DNA from: Paraspadella gotoi
Lineage: Eukaryota > Animalia > Chaetognatha
Length of the DNA stretch: 8,131 nucleotides
Assembly (NCBI GenBank): GCA_051294375.1
Contig: CM119264.1
Coordinates: 25,040,437-25,048,567 of the forward strand
Direction: 5' to 3'
Shown here: positions 1 to 6,937 of the stretch, one piece after another
How the letters are laid out: each line of letters starts with the position of its first letter
Numbering within the stretch: the first letter of the stretch is position 1
Translations under genes and position numbers: made by a program
The notes under the pieces: model-generated
What the model was told of the DNA's origin: nothing
Database searches by the model: none
Seen by the model: only the letters and a program-made list of their open reading frames with translations

Positions 1-221
1 AGAGAGAGATTTTGTTTTTAATAATTATTAATTTTTTTGCATTTATAAAAGCAATGGTCCTAAAATTTTGTAAGCGTTTCGAGGCTATTTGTTCATCTTT
101 TTTATACTATTTTTGATCTAGTTAGCTTTTTTGTTGATCGGTCAAGGGTTTGGTCAGACAGTAATGTCCAGTAGTGTATATGCACATATTACCAAAAGTA
201 ATAACAATAATTTGGCCTCAG

Positions 222-303
222 AAACAATTTTTAAAGGAAAAATGCAGCATGCTAGCTGGACTTTCTTCCTTGCCCATCCTTAAATTATTCTTAGATGTAT
301 TTG
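222..303 (+). CDS. Candidate coding exon (KQFLKEKCSMLAGLSSLPILKLFLDVF-G), product unknown
   Basis: Lies in the stop-free frame 174-624. Preceded by a possible acceptor TTTGGCCTCAG (AG 220-221) and followed by the donor TTG|GTAAGA (GT 304-305, phase 1). The 5' boundary is uncertain; ATG at 249 is an alternative start. Confidence 0.35.
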
Positions 304-387
304 GTAAGAGGAAAAAATCTTTTGGTTTCAAACTAGTTAATATTTTTTTGGGTTCCACTTATTACTTATTTTTGTACAAGTTTGTAG
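304..387 (+). other. Candidate 84-nt spliceosomal GT-AG intron
   Basis: GTAAGA at the 5' end, T-rich body, TTTGTAG at the 3' end. The length is a multiple of 3 and the phase-1 junction G|GT rebuilds a Gly codon. Confidence 0.45.
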
Positions 388-624
388 GTTTTCCATCAGT
401 CATTGAGCAAAAACAGTTTTCTAATTTGGACTCTTTTATCCAAGATTGGAAATTGGACTATTTAATAACAAATTTTCCTCAGACAGATCATAACTTGTTG
501 TATTCCATGCTTTACAAACTCGGAAGACCCTTTGCCCAATGCCAAAAAATCTGTGGGATGTATAACAATGTGAAACAGGGTTTGAAAGGCTATAACGAGA
601 CTTATATCTTGAAAATTTCTCAGA
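388..624 (+). CDS. Candidate coding exon (GFPSVIEQKQFSNLDSFIQDWKLDYLITNFPQTDHNLLYSMLYKLGRPFAQCQKICGMYNNVKQGLKGYNETYILKISQ), truncated by an N gap; product unknown
   Basis: About 79 stop-free codons in AT-rich DNA with a balanced, protein-like composition, after a good acceptor. No family recognised. Confidence 0.45.
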
Positions 625-822
625 NNNNNNNNNNNNNNNNNNNNNNNNNNNNNNNNNNNNNNNNNNNNNNNNNNNNNNNNNNNNNNNNNNNNNNNNNNNN
701 NNNNNNNNNNNNNNNNNNNNNNNNNNNNNNNNNNNNNNNNNNNNNNNNNNNNNNNNNNNNNNNNNNNNNNNNNNNNNNNNNNNNNNNNNNNNNNNTTGAA
801 TCTAATTTGAATTTGTATATCT

Positions 823-971
823 TGGTCTGTGTTTTTATTCCGGTAGTTATTATTATTGTGAATTAATTTTTATAGCACCCACGGTGAGACAAGAGAGAGA
901 TGGTCTGATGTTTACTTACTTCCGGTAAGTTATGCTATTATTGTGAATTAATTTTTAATAGCGACCCACGG
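823..971. repeat. Imperfect near-tandem duplication of ~60-70 bp (823-883 and 901-971)
   Basis: Both copies read TGGTCTG..TGTTT..TTCCGGTA(A)GTTAT..TATTATTGTGAATTAATTTTTA(A)TAGC(G)ACCCACGG. Confidence 0.9.
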
Positions 972-1046
972 CTGCTGAATGACTTAGTGACCCTATTCCT
1001 TTAATATCCTAACTGTATTCCAGCATTCACTAATCTTTCTTTCCAG

Positions 1047-1079
1047 TATCTCTGGAAACGAAAATTCTTCATTCTGCAG
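1047..1079 (+). CDS. Possible short exon running into an N gap (one frame reads YLWKRKFFILQ)
   Basis: Preceded by a branch-like CACTAAT, a pyrimidine tract CTTTCTTTC and CAG (AG 1045-1046). All three frames are open, so the frame is not determined. Confidence 0.25.
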
Positions 1080-1674
1080 NNNNNNNNNNNNNNNNNNNNN
1101 NNNNGTTTAAATATTCTTTTTTACAATTTATCTCGTGCATTTTCATGTTTTTTTCTGGTTTAAAAAAATTTTTTTTTGAGTCTGAGCAAAAATATTTGTC
1201 AAAACTATTGTTGATCGCCTGTAAATAACAAAATTGAAGCCTGAATCTCTGGCACTCTCCTTACCTTTCCTTACCCTCTGCATTACGGATTCCCCTTATT
1301 CGGATAAGGTTCCCTTAGGATTTAGATCCCCAGGAATTTCATTTGTTATATATTAATAAATATTTAAAAGTGCAACAACTCAATGAACTAATTCAAAAAT
1401 TTACATTGAAAATCGATTTAGTAGTAGAAGGAAAAAAGAAATTTTTTTGAGAGTTATAAAAAGTTATAAAAAGTGTTCAATTTTGGCCCGCCTTTCTAGA
1501 TATATTGCATGTGATTGAATAATGTTATCGGAATAATAATTTTATCAATTTTATGTATTTTCTAAGTATTTTAAGTATTTTTATTCAGTGAGTAAAGTAA
1601 CAACTTTTTTATTCGCTAATTTTTATCTCGGACGCTTAACGCCAGACTTCCCTATTTTTATTTTTAAAAAAATT

Positions 1675-1740
1675 GAATTAGGATTGAACTCGTAAAATTA
1701 GGCATCTCATTCGTGCATGTTATCATTTTGCTATCGCAAC
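1675..1740 (-). mobile_element. Degenerate tRNA-like sequence (tRNA-derived SINE head or tRNA pseudogene)
   Basis: Minus strand has A-box-like TAGCAAAATGA (1733-1723) and B-box-like GTTCAATCC (1689-1681) with starts 44 nt apart, as in tRNAs. The cloverleaf stems do not pair well. Confidence 0.4.
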
Positions 1741-1789
1741 ATATATATATATATATATCTCTCTCTCTTCTCTCTTCTCTCTTCTCTCT
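1741..1789. repeat. Compound microsatellite (AT)n-(CT)n-(TCTCTCT/CTT)
   Basis: ATATATATATATATATAT followed directly by CTCTCTCTCTTCTCTCTTCTCTCTTCTCTCT. Confidence 0.95.
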
Positions 1790-1955
1790 TAATGTTCGTT
1801 ACGTCAGCGCAGGTACGAATTTTAACGCTTATCCCTCTATCGACCCTTTGTAATACTTTTGACCTTTAAGGACTGTAATCTACAAAAACGCCCTCTATTT
1901 TTTCACTTTCTGCACAGAGCACAGACGTTTAGGGGTTTTTTCAGTGGAGATGGAC
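1790..1955 (+). repeat. Dispersed ~170-bp repeat, copy 1 (probable non-autonomous transposon fragment)
   Basis: Shares exact blocks ACGTCAGCGCAGGTA, TTTTAACGCTTATCCCT, CCCTCTATTTTTTCACT and CAGTGGAGATGGAC, in the same order, with 3221-3391. Confidence 0.9.
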
Positions 1956-2030
1956 AAGTGATGATTAATTACGTAGTATTTACTTGGTTACAAATAAGTT
2001 AAAAAGATGTTCGAGTAAATGCGACTTAAG

Positions 2031-2732
2031 TTTTTTTCCATTTAACGACTCATATCCACTCCAGCGAAGATTTGTCAAAACTTTATAACGCAGCTTCATC
2101 ACACATGATCGTGCTTACCCACTACACCAAAAATTTTCATTCGCGATCCAACCTGCGGCAAACTCCGTATAGTTTTTGGTGCTTCTTTTGCTAGGGTGGG
2201 ACGGAATGGACAGGATTGATTGACTGATTAGATCTAAGAATTAGTGAAAAATTAATTGACTAATTGATTAATTAACTGATTAATTATTTGATTTATTAAA
2301 CATCCTGCATATAAATTTAATATAATAGAAGGAAAAAATCATGAATGTCAATTATGTGAACACAGCTTTTTTGTTTTGTTTTATCCATTTAAAACCTGAT
2401 TTCGCACTCAACGATTGCCATGCGAACTTGGTTTTCGACGTGAGCTCAATCATACACACTTTCCTACTCACATACAAATCTCGCAAGGTGCAATCGTCCT
2501 CATGCCCTCATGCACGCCAATTAGGTGTTCAACATAGTGAATTATCTTTTTTGTTTTTATCGCATTTAAAACTCATTTCCATTCGGTACGACTTCATCGA
2601 AACTTGTTATAATCCCAGCTCAATCACACACTTCGCCTACGCACACACAAAATTTCAATGTCAAATCCCATCCATCCAATCACTAAGAGTAAATTAGTGT
2701 TTTTGGCTAACGGTGGACGGAAGCGGACAGGA
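2031..2732. repeat. Three diverged ~180-bp units: A ~2031-2215, B ~2356-2536, C ~2537-2732 (B and C in tandem, offset 181)
   Basis: Shared motifs CATTTAA..CT.AT, AGCT(C/T)(A/C)ATCA.ACA and CTAC.CAC...CAAA. A and C both end in GTTTTTGG...GGACGGAA..GGACAGGA. Confidence 0.75.
2216..2298. repeat. Degenerate tetranucleotide microsatellite (TGAT/TGAC/TAAT)n
   Basis: TTGATTGACTGATTAGAT...ATTAATTGACTAATTGATTAATTAACTGATTAATTATTTGATTTATT. Confidence 0.75.
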
Positions 2733-3111
2733 CCCAACCATATATTTTTTTTTGGGCATAAATTTATCATAATTCGATGTTCTGAATCATGATATAATGT
2801 TAGTGGCCCATTCTATATATGCGGACAAGTATTGAGGAGGGGACGGAAGCGACGGACCCGAGACAAGTGAATTATCAGATGTCGGAGATCTGCTGATAAG
2901 CAGATCCGGAGCTAAAAAAGTAATTAAGAACGTTAGGGACACGGCTCCCGTTCTTGATATAAGCTGTTTTAATGTAGTGTGTGAATATCTGTACAAAGCA
3001 GAAAAATACGATGTGCCCAAAAAAAGAAACATTGCAAAACTTAGATTTTAAAAAAAAGATAAATAAATAAACACGTTGTTGACATACAATGGAAAGAGCG
3101 GAGTTTCGTTA

Positions 3112-3220
3112 TTTCTGCTCATATTTTCTCTCATTATTCATCTCTGTGCTTGTCTATCTCATGCTCATCTCTCTCTCTCTCCTGCCTCTCTCATCAATCT
3201 CTCTAATGCTTGCTCTGCTC
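3112..3220. repeat. Decayed CT-rich microsatellite
   Basis: Repeated TCTC/TGCT/TCAT units, in the same position relative to the 170-bp repeat as 1741-1789. Confidence 0.75.
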
Positions 3221-3391
3221 TAATGCTTCGTGTAACGTCAGCGCAGGTAGATGGAATTTTTTAACGCTTATCCCTATCCCGCTCATTTGTAAATCTCTTT
3301 GACGCTTTTAAAGCTGTAGCTTCAAAAACCCCCTCTATTTTTTCACTATTCTCACGGAGCCAAGTTTAGGGTTTTTCCAGTGGAGATGGAC
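3221..3391 (+). repeat. Dispersed ~170-bp repeat, copy 2
   Basis: Direct repeat of 1790-1955; similarity stops abruptly after GTGGAGATGGAC. Confidence 0.9.
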
Positions 3392-4178
3392 GACGCCTTT
3401 CAAGGAGTTGGAACGGGCGCCTCGTTTTAAGAGCGGCGCTTTTTATGGCGCCGCCCACCAAATATGTAAACGAAAGGTCAAGAGACGGAAAAAGTCGAAG
3501 ACGCTGGGCTGAGCGTCCAAAAAATGGACTGGGCATTCAAAAAATGCGGAACTGAGCTGGAAGAAAANNNNNNNNNNNNNNNNNNNNNNNNNNNNNNNNN
3601 NNNNNNNNNNNNNNNNNNNNNNNNNNNNNNNNNNNNNNNNNNNNNNNNNNNNNNNNNNNNNNNNNNNNNNNNNNNNNNNNNNNNNNNNNNNNNNNNNNNN
3701 NNNNNNNNNNNNNNNNNNNNNNNNNNNNNNNNNNNNNNNNNNNNNNNNNNNNNNNNNNNNNNNNNNNNNNNNNNNNNNNNNNNNNNNNNNNNNNNNNNNN
3801 NNNNNNNNNNNNNNNNNNNNNNNNNNNNNNNNNNNNNNNNNNNNNNNNNNNNNNNNNNNNNNNNNNNNNNNNNNNNNNNNNNNNNNNNNNNNNNNNNNNN
3901 NNNNNNNNNNNNNNNNNNNNNNNNNNNNNNNNNNNNNNNNNNNNNNNNNNNNNNNNNNNNNNNNNNNNNNNNNNNNCCGAAGGTCGCTCCCCCTTTTCCC
4001 GCTTTTTCTTTAACTTTGTTTTCCTTATTAAATATTCGAGGAAGGCCATGAACTTACCCGAGGTTTTTCTCATGAGTAGGTTCTTCACCTCGTCCTTTTT
4101 TCAGTGTTTACTCGATGGAATATTCCTTCTTTTCTCAATTGGTCTTCCTTATTTTTTGCTTCGAAAGCGCTTCTAAAA

Positions 4179-4203
4179 ATTATTTTTATTATTATTATTA
4201 TTA

Positions 4204-4295
<92 letters not shown>

Positions 4296-4311
4296 ATTTA
4301 TTATTATTATT
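4179..4311. repeat. (TAT/ATA)n trinucleotide microsatellite, roughly 40 units with a few interruptions
   Basis: Directly visible; it produces the poly-Ile and poly-Tyr ORFs. Confidence 0.98.
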
Positions 4312-4549
4312 TACTTTGGCTGGCAGAAAAAGAAACAGCATTTCTTTTCCAAAACATTGCACTTATTCTGGATTGTTAAATGAGTTTTTTTCTTGCTTGC
4401 TTTTTTTTCTTTCGCCCTCTAAATGTAATTTAATAACTACACTACTCTTTTGTCGTAACCCTTTTTCATATTCTTCATTTTCTTCATATTCTTTCCTTTT
4501 TGAGATCTTTTTACTTGTAAAACCTCCACACTAACATCTTATAATTCGA

Positions 4550-5190
4550 CGCTCTATCCAACTCGATCGACAACCCCAAACGTAAACTTACCATTTTCAC
4601 CAAGTCAGTTCGTCTCACTTAAAATCCCACCATCGACGGCATTTTCGCCTTCGCCGCTGCCGCCTCTAACCTGGCCGCTGCAGGAATCGCCGCCGCCTCC
4701 TCTCCGCCACTGCAGCTGCCACCGCTGCAGTCGCCGCAGTCGCAACTGCGACCAAAGACGAAACGTCGAGTCAAAAGACCGCCCCAGCCATCGTTCCCGC
4801 GAGAACCGAAAGAGGGCGAGGACGGAACTGCTGACGACGACGATAAAGGCGACGATGACGACGACGACGACCACGCCGCAGCCTTCGCTTCGGGGATTGC
4901 AGAAACTAATGGGACGAAAACGAGATAGAGAATCGGAACAAAAAACTGGCGCAGTGGCGCACCCCATCGACGGACCGACAGACCGACCAAACCCGAGGAA
5001 AAAAAAGGCCGAAATGGGCGGAAAAAAGGCCCAAAAAAAGACGCTGAAAATAGGAAAGACGCAGAACTACGACTCGAAGGAGACAGAAAAATGCGTAGCG
5101 AAAGACAGCGCGATTCAAATGTCGCTCCAAAAAGTCGATGAGACGAAAACAAAAGGGAAAGAGGATCGAGAAAGTAGAGAATAGACGGTT
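4550..5190. other. GC- and CpG-rich island (exon, 5' leader or regulatory region; function unresolved)
   Basis: Sharp compositional contrast with AT-rich flanks, dense CG, GCC and GAC triplets, and several overlapping open frames on both strands. Confidence 0.7.
4833..4871. repeat. Imperfect (GAC/GAT)n microsatellite
   Basis: GACGACGACGATAAAGGCGACGATGACGACGACGACGAC. Confidence 0.9.
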
Positions 5191-5668
5191 GACAAAATGT
5201 AAAGCGGTTTTTTTTTTAGTATTTATATGAAGAAAAAAAAGATTATTAAAAGATTTAAATTGTAGTTATCTTTGACTGAAATCTAAAAATATATAAAAAT
5301 ATAAAATGTCAGGCGAAATGTTTTGTTTTTAAATTTTCAATTTCATTAATCATTGGCAAAAATATTATCAAAGAGTCAATTTTGTATTCATACTAACTTC
5401 TTTTATTTTAACCATTCTAAAAAACTGAAGTAAAAGTTTNNNNNNNNNNNNNNNNNNNNNNNNNNNNNNNNNNNNNNNNNNNNNNNNNNNNNNNNNNNNN
5501 NNNNNNNNNNNNNNNNNNNNNNNNNNNNNNNNNNNNNNNNNNNNNNNNNNNNNNNNNNNNNNNNNNNNNNNNNNNNNNNNNNNNNNNNNNNNNNNNNNNN
5601 NNNNNNNNNNNNNNNNNNNNNNNNNNNNNNNNNNNNNNNNNNNNNNNNNNNNNNNNNNNNNNNNNNNN

Positions 5669-5950
5669 AGAGAGAGAGAGAGGCGTAGAGAGTGAGGGTA
5701 ATGGCTCAGAATGCCGAAAATTGGCGCACATTGAGGCACAATGAGTCTCCTTCTCTCCGTGAAAAGTTTTCGGAAGAAAAAAAAAACGAAAACGAAATTC
5801 GTTCGTCGACGAGAAAAGAAAAAGAAAGAAAAAGAAAGAAAAAGAAAGAAAAAAAGATTCGGTGATTTTGTGATAAAAAGTGATTTCTGTGAAGGAAAAG
5901 AAACGATGGTCTCGGTTCGAGAGAAAGGCGGTGGGCGTGGCGGCCGATTC
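5669..5950. promoter_or_regulatory. Possible promoter-like region: (AG)n tract, inverted CCAAT and GC box
   Basis: (AG)n at 5669-5681, ATTGG at 5720-5724, GGGCGTGG at 5933-5940 in a CpG-rich setting. These are short motifs only. Confidence 0.2.
5811..5857. repeat. Polypurine tract with 10-bp period (AAAGAAAGAA)n
   Basis: GAGAAAAGAA AAAGAAAGAA AAAGAAAGAA AAAGAAAGAA AAAAAGA. Confidence 0.9.
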
Positions 5951-6074
5951 ACAAATCCCATTCATTCGAGATTTTGAGGGAAAGAATTTTGTTTCCGATT
6001 CATTTATTACTTGATTTGATTCCATGTTCATTATTATACAATCGTGCGAAAGCCTTTTTACAATTTAACTAAAA

Positions 6075-6099
6075 ATATGTATATATGTATATATGTATA
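6075..6099. repeat. (ATATGTAT)x3 microsatellite
   Basis: ATATGTATATATGTATATATGTATA. Confidence 0.85.
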
Positions 6100-6898
6100 C
6101 GTCTCATATTTTAAAATTTATTCCATTATTGATTAGTGTTTGAAACAGTTTTGCATTTTTTATGAAAATATCTTTAAATCAAAGAATTAACGATCACCCG
6201 GCTAATTCATTTAAAAAATGTCAACAATTGACTTCTTTGCAAATACTAACAAACTTTGAATCCCTCTCCTCTGCTTCAACAAAAAAAAAATCAAAACAAC
6301 GGTGCAAAAACGGAAACCATTTTCCAAATGGCGAAGCGAAACTGCCATCAGAGCCATAAAGTGCCATCTGAGTCCTCGGANNNNNNNNNNNNNNNNNNNN
6401 NNNNNNNNNNNNNNNNNNNNNNNNNNNNNNNNNNNNNNNNNNNNNNNNNNNNNNNNNNNNNNNNNNNNNNNNNNNNNNNNNNNNNNNNNNNNNNNNNNNN
6501 NNNNNNNNNNNNNNNNNNNNNNNNNNNNNNNNNNNNNNNNNNNNNNNNNNNNNNNNNNNNNNNNNNNNNNNNNNNNNNNNNNNNNNNNNNNNNNNNNNNN
6601 NNNNNNNNNNNNNNNNNNNNNNNNNNNNNNNNNNNNNNNNNNNNNNNNNNNNNNNNNNNNNNNNNNNNNNNNNNNNNNNNNTTTACCGTGGGGTTTTTCG
6701 ATTCTAGGAAAAAAAATCTGCAGTGCCGAAACAAGTTCCGCCCACGAAAAACGTATTACGGCGTCGAAAATATACGCTTCCAATCGCTGAGAATATACGG
6801 CGCCTTTTTCGGGCTCGGAAAATGAAAACGAGGGAAAAAGATCGTTTATTGAAAACAAAAGCGCAAAAAACGATTGAACTCTTACTACTACGACGGGA

Positions 6899-6937
6899 AC
6901 GACGACGACGATGACGACGAGGACGACGATGTCGACG
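6899..6937. repeat. Imperfect (GAC/GAT/GAG)n microsatellite in a CpG-rich segment
   Basis: ACGACGACGACGATGACGACGAGGACGACGATGTCGACG. Confidence 0.9.

Larger units (their letters stand above)
2030..2919 (-). mobile_element. Degenerate non-autonomous Helentron-like element(s) (HINE/DINE-1-type architecture)
   Basis: Minus strand begins TTTTTTAGCTCCGGATCTGCT-TATC-AGCAGATC (T run plus 8-bp-stem palindrome at 2887-2906), followed by GTCC-type motifs (GTCCGTCGCTTCCGTCC) and three diverged ~180-bp core units. No clear 3' subterminal repeat or terminus was found. Confidence 0.5.

Noticed and set aside
823-2732. CRISPR-like array
   Set aside because: Repeats are long, diverged and few, with no constant repeat/unique spacer pattern and no cas genes; the context is eukaryotic.
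2341-3264. ORFs at 2341-2697, 2787-3032 and 3076-3264
   Set aside because: They lie within tandem units, the palindrome or the CT microsatellite and show no recognisable domain.
1928-3372. Telomeric TTTAGGG motifs at ~1928 and ~3365
   Set aside because: Single units inside the dispersed repeat, not arrays.
1790-3391. LTR pair or CACTA/CACTG terminal inverted repeats
   Set aside because: No TG...CA ends, PBS or polypurine tract. The CAGTG motif lies inside the shared block, and both copies are in direct orientation.
3433-3460. Rho-independent terminator
   Set aside because: No U tract after the stem on either strand, no upstream gene, and the context is eukaryotic.
4104-4534. Poly-Ile and poly-Tyr ORFs
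   Set aside because: They are translations of the (TAT)n microsatellite.
4512-4572. Second tRNA-like fragment on minus (GAGTTGGATAGAGCGTCGAA)
   Set aside because: It resembles a D-arm, but there is no B box and no pairing stems; too weak to call.
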